DNA of 64,000 bases from an uncultured Myxococcales bacterium (GCA_964460115.1 CAYWPR010000028.1:1904-65903); one strand, 5' to 3'; positions 16,220 to 25,134 are shown, counted from the first letter of the stretch. Notes: generated from the sequence alone by a model not told the origin. Made by a program: numbers and translations.

Positions 16220-16873
16220 TTACATATTTCCCATCAATACAATGGACTCAATTTGCCAATGGGTTGCGGAAGCGCTTCCGGCTCCTGGTAGTTTAAACAA
16301 AAATATTGGCTGATAAGAAACTGGTAAATCTTGGGTATCAAGTTTAATCGTTGTTGTTTGCCGTACTAATCCTTGATTAGGAATTGCCATATCCCACACA
16401 TGCGTACCTGCCGTAGAGTTTAGACTTATTGTAACCTGTTCTCCTGGGCCTATATTTACATTATGCACTATTGAAAGTGTGAGACTGTTATATTGCTGAT
16501 ATTCGGCAGGCAAGAATTTTGGCATTGAAAATCCACAATCTCCCGTCGGATCACTACTCGGTTGCAGTTTGTTGTTTTGTGAAATGGCCCAGCCGTTGGT
16601 ACAACCGCCAGGTAAATACTTAAAATTCCACTCTGGTTGAAATGTCGATAGATCGGGATTTTTTGTGAAATCAATGCAGGTTTTCGGCAGCGGCGTTCCG
16701 CTTAAGCCTTGCGCCGCAGCCGCCGTACACGCCGGCATCGGCGTCATATCTTTATTTCCGCTCATATCCGGGGTCTCGACGCCATTGTCCACGAGGACGG
16801 CTTGATTGGGGTGAGCAAGCCCGCAACCGATCGAGCAAATCGCCAAAACAGTGCTGAAAAACGCGTTACGCAT
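16220..16873 (-). CDS. Lipoprotein of unknown function (217 aa), AT-rich gene; tandem paralog of 15505-16146
   Basis: Lipobox AICSIGC. See 15505-16146. The start lies 13 nt after the stop of the upstream gene. Confidence 0.75.
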   Translation of the reverse strand: MRNAFFSTVLAICSIGCGLAHPNQAVLVDNGVETPDMSGNKDMTPMPACTAAAAQGLSGTPLPKTCIDFTKNPDLSTFQPEWNFKYLPGGCTNGWAISQNNKLQPSSDPTGDCGFSMPKFLPAEYQQYNSLTLSIVHNVNIGPGEQVTISLNSTAGTHVWDMAIPNQGLVRQTTTIKLDTQDLPVSYQPIFLFKLPGAGSASATHWQIESIVLMGNM

Positions 16874-16886
16874 GGGTAAGGGCTCC

Positions 16887-18200
16887 TTATTTCTTACTCG
16901 GGCATTTCATAAGCTGGGCGGTGCCTAAAGAGCCCGCACGCTGCGGCGGTTTTTCTGCGCGATGTAGAAGCAGCGTCACTGGAACCGCCACAAGCAGCGT
17001 CGCCGCCGAAATGCCCAGCGCCGTCCAGGCCGCGTCTCCCAAGGTATGCTGATATGTCGGGTTGCCGGACAAAGTCGCGGCCGAAGTTTCGTTGACGATG
17101 GCCAGCGCCCCACCGGTTACGGCCGTCGCCGCAAACAGCCCCCAAAGGCTGCCTTTTATGATCTTCGAAGTTTCCGAATCGATATAGCGACCGGTCGGCG
17201 CTTCCGCGCCCGGAGATTTGAGCAGCCCCTCAAAAGCCGCAATGCCGCAGCTTTCCACCGCATAGGCTTCGCAGGCCCCTACCGGCGGAGCCCCCGTCAG
17301 GGTTCCCGCGCATTGCGCCCCCAGACATCGATCTAGCAGTTCAGAGACCGCTTGTTTGACCTGCAACATAAGCCCTTCATGATCGCATCCGCGGCAGTCC
17401 ACCGTTCGACTGTCTCTTTGCTCGCGTGTATCGGACATCGAGGCAATCACTTTGCCGTCCTTTTGAATCTCGATGCTTAACACCCGCGCGCTGCTCATTC
17501 GAACTTTGGCCACCTCTTCCGCCCGCTCGGCCGCTTCGCCAGAGCCGCTTTTGAGGCTGCCGCCGCTGCCCAAATACACAGGCCGCTGCAGCGCTTCGAG
17601 CTGCGCCTTAAGCGCCGTCTGCATCGCTTTTTGCTGACGCTCACTGCCGCCGCTGACGCTTAAAAATACTGAGCCCGGCTCCGCCGTCATGGCGGTTTTT
17701 GCCGTCGTGCAGTAGCTCGGCTGCGCCCCGACCGTGCCGCCAAACTGCGGATTGTCCAAAAGCGCTCGCGCCTGCGCCGTCAGTGCCGAGATGAGATTGC
17801 ACGACTGGCAAAAATCATCCTGATACGCCGTCTGGCCGGTTTCCAGGTTTTGCAGCCACATGCGAACTTTGATGAGGTCTTTGCTTTGCACCACCTGCCC
17901 CCCGAGCAGGAAGCCCTGAGAAGGACCACAGCTAGAGCTAAAAGCTTTTGCGCAAGCCGCGCCGCTGCATGCCGGCAGCGGTTTGCCCTCGGGCGAAGTC
18001 AAAAGCCCGATATTTCGGCCTTCCTCATACAATTTTTTCTCAACTTCTTTGTCCATCTCGGGCAAGCGCTCACAGCCGCGCTGAAAGCCCCAAAGATGTA
18101 TCGGCGGCCCTTCAGCGCGGGCGGACCCGAAGGCCAAAAGGCCAAATGCACAAGCCGCAAGAGGTGCCGCCAAACGCAGTCGGTGCAAGAACGTCTTCAT
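16887..18200 (-). CDS. Exported Cys-rich protein with two C-terminal TM helices, hypothetical
   Basis: ATG 18200 gives the signal peptide MKTFLHRLRLAAPLAACAFGLLAFGSARA. About 20 Cys. C-terminal helices LWGLFAATAVTGGALAIV and AWTALGISAATLLVAVPVTLLL. The track N-extension to 18344 overlaps the upstream gene. Confidence 0.7.
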   Translation of the reverse strand: MKTFLHRLRLAAPLAACAFGLLAFGSARAEGPPIHLWGFQRGCERLPEMDKEVEKKLYEEGRNIGLLTSPEGKPLPACSGAACAKAFSSSCGPSQGFLLGGQVVQSKDLIKVRMWLQNLETGQTAYQDDFCQSCNLISALTAQARALLDNPQFGGTVGAQPSYCTTAKTAMTAEPGSVFLSVSGGSERQQKAMQTALKAQLEALQRPVYLGSGGSLKSGSGEAAERAEEVAKVRMSSARVLSIEIQKDGKVIASMSDTREQRDSRTVDCRGCDHEGLMLQVKQAVSELLDRCLGAQCAGTLTGAPPVGACEAYAVESCGIAAFEGLLKSPGAEAPTGRYIDSETSKIIKGSLWGLFAATAVTGGALAIVNETSAATLSGNPTYQHTLGDAAWTALGISAATLLVAVPVTLLLHRAEKPPQRAGSLGTAQLMKCPSKK

Positions 18201-18223
18201 GCCAAAATCCCGTACGTGAAGGG

Positions 18224-18952
18224 TTAACAGTTGGTGCGAAACAGCCAAATGCGAACGCGCGGTTTGCCTTCCTGCGGCTCGCCATGCAGAGGTTTGTCCA
18301 TGGGGCCGATGTATTTTTTGCTGACTTCGCCGCGCAGTCGGCAAGGCAACAAGAAGGGACCAAGCACGCGCAGCTCTTTGGGACGCATCGCTTCGCGGGT
18401 TTTTGCTCGCGGTTCAAGCGGCGCATTCCATTCGCTGGCCATAAGTCGCTTCAGCGATTCGCCAAGGCCCAGCGCATGTTTGCGCCCGGCTTCCGTCTCA
18501 GCTTCGGGCTGAACCAGGACGATGTAGCGCGTCGAGGGATAGGTTTCAAAGGGATCGAGCAGATCGCGAATCTGACCCATGCGCGCCGGATGCAGCGCTT
18601 CCATGCCCTCTTTGGGCGCCAGGTTTGAAATGGCATAGGCCTGGCTGTTCATAAACAGCAGCGCGCCTTCGTTAGAACCGGCCGTGCAGTTTTCCGGAAT
18701 GCCGGCTTGCAGCTCCGCGAGAAAGTCGGCGACTTTGGCGTTTTTGCAAAGCTGCTGGCTCCAGCGCGCCCGCTCGGCGTTTTCCAAGTGGGCCTGCATA
18801 AGCTGCAGATCTTTGCTGGCTTCCGTCAGCCGCTGCTCGATGCTTTGATTCCATTTTTTCTGCTGTTCAAGCTGCAGACTGACGCTGCTAGGTACGCAGC
18901 CAAAAAGCAGCGCCAAAAGCCCAAGGAACTTGCGGGTCAGTGCGCGCGACAT
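18224..18952 (-). CDS. Lipoprotein, hypothetical (242 aa)
   Basis: MSRALTRKFLGLLALLFGC lipobox. It overlaps the kinase gene's 3' end by 16 nt. No family recognised. Confidence 0.7.
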   Translation of the reverse strand: MSRALTRKFLGLLALLFGCVPSSVSLQLEQQKKWNQSIEQRLTEASKDLQLMQAHLENAERARWSQQLCKNAKVADFLAELQAGIPENCTAGSNEGALLFMNSQAYAISNLAPKEGMEALHPARMGQIRDLLDPFETYPSTRYIVLVQPEAETEAGRKHALGLGESLKRLMASEWNAPLEPRAKTREAMRPKELRVLGPFLLPCRLRGEVSKKYIGPMDKPLHGEPQEGKPRVRIWLFRTNC

Positions 18953-20664
18953 CGAATCTCAACCTCGGCAGGCTTGGTATATCCCTTGAAGACTCCCATG
19001 CCGCGCAGCGCATAAAGCAGCGGCGGCTGCAAGGTGGCCTTCAGCGAAGGCGGAGCCACGCGAATTCGCGGATGGGTGCTCAAATCCGTCAGCACCATGC
19101 TTTCTCCGGCGCAAAGCTTCACGCCCGTGCGATGAAACGCGGCCATGATCTGCGTTCGCTGCGGTACTGACAGCTCGGTCACAAAGCAGGCATCGGTGAT
19201 CTCGCGCGCTTCACAGGCATGAGATCGCCCATGCCGCACCGGTTGCGCTTGCGCCAAATCGGACTGCGCCAAATCAACAGGGACAATGCCCGGCCGCAGA
19301 TCCGGGGGGAGCGCCAGATCTAGGACTGTCGGCACGGCCAAATCCACCACAGCCAAATCCGCCACGGTCAGCGCTCTGTCGCTTACCGGTGCTGGCGACG
19401 GCGGCCAAAACAGCGCGACGGCGCCGCTTATTAGCCCGAGCGCCAAAATCACGGTTCCCACGTAGAAACGCCGCTTTCGCGCCGAACCTGAGGGCGAAGT
19501 CGGCGCAGTATGCGAAACCGCCAGTTGGACAGACGGAGGCACCGGCGAACTCACAGCGCTTGCAGCGGGCTTTTGTTCAGCGGGCGGCAGCAAGGTGCTG
19601 GGCGAACCCCCTAGATGGGCCACTTTTTCGCCGCTTGGCGTTCTTGCGCCCGCCGCCCACAAGGCAGCGATCGCCTTGTCGGGCGCATCCAGAGTCGGAT
19701 CCAGCACCGCCATCGCGTCTTGTGGCTGTGGATTCACCACCACGACGGGTTTTAGGGCTGATGCGGCAGACGCCGCGGGATCGGCGGAGCTGATGCGGCG
19801 CAGCGTCGGCAGTCCCAAGATGCGACGAACTTCGGACTCGATGTGCACAAGCGCCGGGCGGCGCTCTGGATCGCGGTCGAGCTGGGCCATGACCAGTGCG
19901 ACCACATCCGCCGGCAGATCCGAAGCATATTGAGAAAGCGGCAGCGGGTCGTCAAACGCCTTGGCGGCCATCAGCGCGTACGCCCCTTCCCCCGAAAAAG
20001 GCAGCCGGCCGCACAAAATCTGATACGCAATCAGCCCCAGCGCATAAACGTCCGCTCGACCATCGACCGTGGCCGCGTTTTTAAACTGCTCTGGGGCCAT
20101 ATAGGCGGGGGTGCCCATCATCATGTTGCTTTTGGTGATGTCATCCCCGTGCAGTTTGGCGATGCCAAAATCCAGCAGCTTGACGGCTTCGCCGGTAAGC
20201 GCCCGCGGATCGGGCACCAGCATGACGTTGGCCGGCTTCAAATCGCGATGGACAATGCCCTGCTGATGCGCCGCAATCAGCACCGAGGCCAACTCGCCGA
20301 CAATCCACAAACTCTCTAGGCCCAGGCTGTGCCCGGGCCGCGAAAGCGCCGTCTCCAGGCGCCCGGCCAGCGACTCGCCATCTAGATACTCCATGGCCAG
20401 CCACGGCGTCCCATCATCTAGCCGTCCAAAATCGTAAACTTTGACGACGCCCGGATGTTTGATTTGATTGGCGGCGCGCGCTTCGTTGATAAAGCGCTGA
20501 AAAAGCCACGGCTGGGTTTGAACGTCGATGGTTAGAATTTTCAGCGCAGCCCGCTGCTCGATGTCCGGCTGATGCACCTCATACACCGCGCCCATGCCGC
20601 CGGTGCCAAGCAACCGCACGACACGATATTTGCCGATCTTTTGGCCGACGGCTAGCGTGGGCAT
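18937..20664 (-). CDS. Hanks-type Ser/Thr protein kinase with a TM helix and a Cys-containing extracytoplasmic C-terminal domain
   Basis: GTGGMGAVYEV, AALK, HRDLKPANVM, DFGIAK, GTPAYMAPEQ. TM helix FYVGTVILALGLISGAVALFW. ATG 20664 (MPTLAVGQKIGKYRVV) is preferred; the ORF is open to 20784. Confidence 0.9.
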   Translation of the reverse strand: MPTLAVGQKIGKYRVVRLLGTGGMGAVYEVHQPDIEQRAALKILTIDVQTQPWLFQRFINEARAANQIKHPGVVKVYDFGRLDDGTPWLAMEYLDGESLAGRLETALSRPGHSLGLESLWIVGELASVLIAAHQQGIVHRDLKPANVMLVPDPRALTGEAVKLLDFGIAKLHGDDITKSNMMMGTPAYMAPEQFKNAATVDGRADVYALGLIAYQILCGRLPFSGEGAYALMAAKAFDDPLPLSQYASDLPADVVALVMAQLDRDPERRPALVHIESEVRRILGLPTLRRISSADPAASAASALKPVVVVNPQPQDAMAVLDPTLDAPDKAIAALWAAGARTPSGEKVAHLGGSPSTLLPPAEQKPAASAVSSPVPPSVQLAVSHTAPTSPSGSARKRRFYVGTVILALGLISGAVALFWPPSPAPVSDRALTVADLAVVDLAVPTVLDLALPPDLRPGIVPVDLAQSDLAQAQPVRHGRSHACEAREITDACFVTELSVPQRTQIMAAFHRTGVKLCAGESMVLTDLSTHPRIRVAPPSLKATLQPPLLYALRGMGVFKGYTKPAEVEIRCRAH

Positions 20665-20783
20665 GCTGGACCATGCTAGCACGGCGTTAAGTGCGCCATC
20701 GAAAAAGTAGTTTTTCAGCGATCTTCGGCGCTGACGCCTCGCATGGCGGACCCTAGGCTGTGTTATGGTGGGGCATATAGCCA

Positions 20784-21512
20784 ATGTCGCCGCTTCTATG
20801 GATCAGTTTGTTTTTTCAGCTAGGCGCGACGCCGCCCGCAGCATCTGGGACATCGACCATTTCCATCAAGACCTATCGCGATGAATTGGCGCTGCTACAT
20901 CACGCAGTCGATCGCAGTGCGCTGCGATCCATTCTGGTCTTTGACCCTGCCAATACGCCGGCTCCGGCCTTGCCGCCGCGAGATGTTTTTGCGACTTCGG
21001 AAAATGCATCGCCGCCCTGCGGCCGGGCCGGCAAAGCGCTGCGCGAAGCCCGCCCCGGCGAAATGGTCGATGACAGCACCCCGGTGATGATTTTGCATTT
21101 GTGGGCAAGCTGGTGCGAGCCCTGCAAAGAAGATTTGACGTTATGGCGCGAGCTTGGACCGCGCCTCATCAAGCAGCACAAAGGACGGGTGCGCGTGGTG
21201 CATCTGGCCTTGGAAGCCGACGGCGAAGCTTTTCAGCATTTGGCCAAGAGCCTGGGTGAGCAAATGCCAAGTGGTCGACTTTACTTCGACTGTCAGGAAC
21301 GGCTGAGCAAAGACATGGGCCAAACGCTCGGGCGGCTGCCGCCTTTGCCCATGACGCTGTGGCTGGATGGCGATCGCATCGTGCGGCAAGCCATGGTCGG
21401 TCCGATGAATCACCGCCGAAATGAAGCGATAGAGTCCACAGCTCGGCTTTTGGCGCTCATCGAGAAGCAAGAAAACGCCGCGCTTTCGCGCTCGCAGCGT
21501 CCTCTCGAATAA
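20784..21512 (+). CDS. TlpA/ResA-like thioredoxin-fold thiol-disulfide oxidoreductase (exported)
   Basis: N-terminal hydrophobic signal and the motif ILHLWASWCEPCKEDL (WCxxC). Confidence 0.8.
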   Translation: MSPLLWISLFFQLGATPPAASGTSTISIKTYRDELALLHHAVDRSALRSILVFDPANTPAPALPPRDVFATSENASPPCGRAGKALREARPGEMVDDSTPVMILHLWASWCEPCKEDLTLWRELGPRLIKQHKGRVRVVHLALEADGEAFQHLAKSLGEQMPSGRLYFDCQERLSKDMGQTLGRLPPLPMTLWLDGDRIVRQAMVGPMNHRRNEAIESTARLLALIEKQENAALSRSQRPLE

Positions 21513-21629
21513 AAACGCCGCAACATTGGCCGCGTTTTGCGAAAAGGGCTTGCGAATCGCTGAAGGATACTTCTCGATGCGGATTTTCATCTCCGCACCG
21601 TTTCGGCTACATCCAGCGCGGACCGGACC

Positions 21630-21642
21630 TTAAGCCGGACAA
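21630..21642 (+). repeat. 13-nt direct repeat TTAAGCCGGACAA, right copy (junction of the kinase C-fragment)
   Basis: Identical to 15334-15346 and in frame with the downstream kinase C-lobe. Confidence 0.9.
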
Positions 21643-21688
21643 CATCCTGTGTGCGCCAAGTGGGCTTGTAAAGGTCGCTGATTTTGGC

Positions 21689-23647
21689 TTGGTCAAAGAG
21701 CGTCCCGTTGACGATGCCGCGGCGATGCATGTCACGCAAGAAGGCACGGTCATCGGCAGTCCGCAGTTTATGAGTCCCGAGCAGTGCCGCTCTCAGGCGG
21801 TGGATAGCCGCAGCGATATTTATTCATTGGGGGCGACTTATTACGCGCTGCTGACCGGCCGGCCGCCTTTTGGCTCTGGCCCGCTGATGGCGCTTATGAC
21901 CCATCACTGCACAAGTCCGACTCCGAACCCGCGCGATCTGGTTCCCGAGATTCCAGCTGTGTGCGTGGACATCCTGATGATTGCCATGGCGAAGAATCCG
22001 GAGGCGCGCTTTCATACCGCCGAAGAAATGCGCAACGCGCTCGAAGCGGCGCTGGTTGATGCTCCCAAAATCGCCTATGAATTTCTGATTCCGGCCGATA
22101 CATTGCGGCAATCGGTTCGCAAGTTGCGCCCCTCCGCGGGAATGCGCGCCGTCTTGGATGCGGCGCAGGCCGATAAAGTCACCCCGCATGAAGACGCCCA
22201 TGATGTGGCGAATGCGGCGTCCGCGCAGGATTCGCCTTCTCCCATCCAAGAGCGTGTGGCAATGCTCGAAGCCGCGTTGGCCCGCGCCCCCACTGCGCCG
22301 CTGACTCCGCCGATGCTGCCAGCGGGTTATGCGGCCCGTGCACAATCGCGAACTTCACAACGCAGCCGCCGCGGCAAAAAGGAAGCGTCTCTGCTTGTAC
22401 GCTGGCGCTATGCGCTTTTTGCCCTGGTTACGCTGTCGATACTAGCTACGGCGACGGTAATTGGCTGGCCAGGACAGCAACTTGGCGATGCCGAACCCGT
22501 CAAAAATCCCGCCCTTGCGCAAACCCTGAAGGTGGGAATTCTGCATTCCTTAAGCGGAAGCCTGGCGACAGTTTCTCGTCCGATCGTGGATGCCACCTTG
22601 CTGGCGATTGATGAAATCAACGACCAAGGAGGACTGCTTGGACTTAGCATCGAGCCGGTCGTGCAGGACGGCAAATCCGACTTCGATTCCTATGCCGCGG
22701 CCACCGAGCAGCTTATTTTGCGCGACAAAGTAATCAGCATCTTTGGCGCCGGAGATTCCGAAGGGCGGCGCGGCATCGGCCGTATCGTCGAAAAATACGA
22801 TCATCTGCTTTTGTACCCCGGTGACGATGAAGGATTGGAGGCCTCCGCGAACATCTTTTATCTTGGAGGAACGCCTGCGCAGCGTATTTTGCCGACCCTG
22901 CGTCATTGCATTGTCAATCTGAACCTGCGGCGCATCTTTCTGCTTGGATCGCATCCGCAGGACTTTCACCTGCTTAGCCCGGTGCTGCGCGATGAAATCA
23001 AAGAGCTAGGCGGCAAAGTCGTCGGCGAACGCACCATTTCGGGAGACGAGCCAGACTTTGCAGCGGTCTTTAAAAAGATCTCCAGCGCCGATTCCGATTT
23101 GGTGGTAAGCGCAGTTCGCGGAGATTTGAATCTGTTCCTATTTCGCGCTTTTAAGAAACGGGACAAGCACCTTTCTAATCTGCGCATGCTGACTGTGGCT
23201 TTTGACGAGAATCTTCTGACCCTGCTGGCTGACATCGACTTGTCGGGAAATTATCTGGCGGGAAATTACTTTCAAACCGTGCCGCGACCGAAGAATTTGG
23301 CCTTTCTTGAACGGTTTCGTCGCAAATATGGCTCGCACCGCGTAATCAGCGAATCCATGGAAGCCGCCTACAGCGGCGTCTATTTATGGGCCCAGGCGGT
23401 ACGCATGGCCGGCAGCAGTCAGCCGGCGCAAATTCGGCGGACGCTGAAATCGCAGTTCTTCGACGGTCCGGCTGGGCCATATCGCATCGATCCCAAAAGC
23501 AATCATGTTTGGAAGGCCTGGCATCTGGCACGCATTACGTCGGGAAATCGCATCGAACTTTTGCAGTCCTCGGTCGCCGAGCTAAACCCCCAAGTCTCTC
23601 CCTTGGAAACTCCCAGCGCCCAATTGAAGCCGCCATACAGAGAGTAA
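21689..23647 (+). CDS. Ser/Thr kinase C-terminal fragment (C-lobe only) plus TM helix plus UrtA/AmiC-like type-1 periplasmic-binding sensor domain; probably a truncated or inactive gene
   Basis: The frame is open from at least 21482 and reads ...HRFGYIQRGPDLKPDNILCAPSGLVKVADFG|LVKE. The first usable start is TTG 21689, just after DFG. Then GSPQFMSPEQ and DIYSLGATYYALLTGRPPF. TM helix YALFALVTLSILATATVIGW. PBP1 segment LKVGILHSLSGSLATVSRPIVDATLLAIDEINDQGGLLGLSIEPVVQDGKSD...LLLYPGDDEG resembles urea/amide-binding UrtA/AmiC. Confidence 0.8.
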   Translation: MVKERPVDDAAAMHVTQEGTVIGSPQFMSPEQCRSQAVDSRSDIYSLGATYYALLTGRPPFGSGPLMALMTHHCTSPTPNPRDLVPEIPAVCVDILMIAMAKNPEARFHTAEEMRNALEAALVDAPKIAYEFLIPADTLRQSVRKLRPSAGMRAVLDAAQADKVTPHEDAHDVANAASAQDSPSPIQERVAMLEAALARAPTAPLTPPMLPAGYAARAQSRTSQRSRRGKKEASLLVRWRYALFALVTLSILATATVIGWPGQQLGDAEPVKNPALAQTLKVGILHSLSGSLATVSRPIVDATLLAIDEINDQGGLLGLSIEPVVQDGKSDFDSYAAATEQLILRDKVISIFGAGDSEGRRGIGRIVEKYDHLLLYPGDDEGLEASANIFYLGGTPAQRILPTLRHCIVNLNLRRIFLLGSHPQDFHLLSPVLRDEIKELGGKVVGERTISGDEPDFAAVFKKISSADSDLVVSAVRGDLNLFLFRAFKKRDKHLSNLRMLTVAFDENLLTLLADIDLSGNYLAGNYFQTVPRPKNLAFLERFRRKYGSHRVISESMEAAYSGVYLWAQAVRMAGSSQPAQIRRTLKSQFFDGPAGPYRIDPKSNHVWKAWHLARITSGNRIELLQSSVAELNPQVSPLETPSAQLKPPYRE

Positions 23648-23659
23648 AAGGAGTCCGTT

Positions 23660-24418
23660 TTGAATCGAAATGCTCTGCAGCCTGGCCTATCTTTACTGGT
23701 GGTTGATGACAATCTGGTACATCGGCGAATGTCGCAAGCGGTTTTGGCATCGGCCGGCTATACCGTGATTCTGGCTGATGGCGGCCCGCAAGCGCTGGAA
23801 ATCATGCAAAAAACAGTTCCCGATGTCGTGCTTTTGGACATTCGCATGCCCGGCATGGATGGATTCGAAGTATGTCGCCGTTTGCGAGCACTGCCTTTTG
23901 GAAAAAGTATTCCGATTCTGTTTTTCTCCGATCCCAGCGGACTTGAAGCTTCGGAACAAATTTTGGCGTCAGCAGCGGATGATTTCCTCAGCAAACCGAT
24001 CAATCAAATAGAAGTCGTCATGCGCATCCGCTCGCTTTTGCGCATCAAGAAGAACAAATCTCTGGTTCAGCAGCTTCTTGAAACGTCCTTTGACGCCATC
24101 GCCGTTTTGGACGAAGAAGGTCTTATCAAAAAGTGGAATGCACAGGCGCAAAGCCTGTTTGGCTGGACCGATGAAGAGGCGCTGGGTCGTCAATTGTTTG
24201 CTTTGATTCTTTCGGCGCAAAAGCATTCGGCGCTGCGCGATCACTTCAAGCAGCAGATTGCTGCGTCCGAAAGCTCGATTCTGAATCGGCACACTGCACT
24301 CACGGCTGTGCACAAAAACGGGCAGGAATTTGCCATCGAGCTGCACCTAACCAGCAAGAAGAGCGGCGCGGCTACGGCGTTTTGCGCCTGCATCCGCGCC
24401 GGCTCAGCCAAGCGCTAG
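23660..24418 (+). CDS. Response-regulator receiver domain plus PAS domain protein
   Basis: REC: LLVVDDNLV...VVLLDIRMPGMDGFEVCRRL...DDFLSKPI. PAS-like: SFDAIAVLDEEGLIKKWNAQAQSLFGWTDEEALGRQLF. No DNA-binding or enzymatic output is visible. Confidence 0.85.
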   Translation: MNRNALQPGLSLLVVDDNLVHRRMSQAVLASAGYTVILADGGPQALEIMQKTVPDVVLLDIRMPGMDGFEVCRRLRALPFGKSIPILFFSDPSGLEASEQILASAADDFLSKPINQIEVVMRIRSLLRIKKNKSLVQQLLETSFDAIAVLDEEGLIKKWNAQAQSLFGWTDEEALGRQLFALILSAQKHSALRDHFKQQIAASESSILNRHTALTAVHKNGQEFAIELHLTSKKSGAATAFCACIRAGSAKR

Positions 24419-24435
24419 CCGCGGTATGAGGTCGC

Positions 24436-25134
24436 CTACGCCGTGGGGCCTAGCAGCTTCGCCACGGCTTTGCCGACGCCGCTGGCCGACGCTGGATTTT
24501 GTCCGGTGACCAGTCGCCCATCGACAACGACGTGCTCTTTCCACAGCGGCGCTTTGGAATACTTGGCGCCGCGCGCCAAAAGCGTCGTTTCCAAAAGGAA
24601 GGGCATGACTTGCGTCAGTCCGGCAGCCTCTTCTTCGGCGTCTGAAAATCCGCCGACGTTTTTGCCGGCAACCAGATACTGGCCGTTTGTCAGCTTGGCA
24701 TTGACGAGCGCCGCCGGACCGTGGCAAACCGCCGCCACCACGCCACCCGCTTCGTAGATCTCGCGCACCAGCCGCTGTATATCGGCATCATCGGCAAAAT
24801 CCCACATCGTGCCGTGCCCGCCGGCAAAAACGATGGCTTGGTAGTCGCGTCCATGCAGACTAGAAAGCGGCAGCGTCTGCTCCAATTTTCCTCTTTTTGC
24901 CGCGTCTTCCCAGAATGCGCGGTTGGTCTCGTCCTTGAGATCCAGACTCCTTTCATCCAAAGGCGCTTTGCCGCCGCGCGGACTGCCGATGTCGATGGCA
25001 AAACCTTTTTCCGCCAGGGCGGCGTAAGGATGGGTCACTTCGGGCAAATAGTACCCCGTGGGTTTGCCGGTCTGGCCGAGTTCGCGATGGCTGGTTACGA
25101 CGATAAGGACCTTGAGAAATGCGGATGCGGTCAT
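24436..25134 (-). CDS. DJ-1/PfpI (class I glutamine amidotransferase-like) family protein
   Basis: KVLIVVTSH..., YQAIVFAGGHGTMWDF and the nucleophile elbow AAVCHGPAAL. ATG 25134 is preceded by AAGGAGA. The track N-extension to 25236 is unlikely. Confidence 0.85.
   Translation of the reverse strand: MTASAFLKVLIVVTSHRELGQTGKPTGYYLPEVTHPYAALAEKGFAIDIGSPRGGKAPLDERSLDLKDETNRAFWEDAAKRGKLEQTLPLSSLHGRDYQAIVFAGGHGTMWDFADDADIQRLVREIYEAGGVVAAVCHGPAALVNAKLTNGQYLVAGKNVGGFSDAEEEAAGLTQVMPFLLETTLLARGAKYSKAPLWKEHVVVDGRLVTGQNPASASGVGKAVAKLLGPTA

Larger units (their letters stand above)
15505..16873 (-). repeat. Tandem gene duplication, period about 715 bp
   Basis: Long identical DNA runs. ACATATTTCCCATCAATACAATGGACTCAATTTGCCAATGGGTTGCGG starts near 15507 and 16222. 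A run of about 75 nt, GGGATTTTTTGTGAAATCAATGCAGGTTTTCGGCAGCGGCGTTCCGCTTAAGCCTTGCGCCGCAGCCGCCGTACACGCCGGCA, occurs in both copies. Confidence 0.85.
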
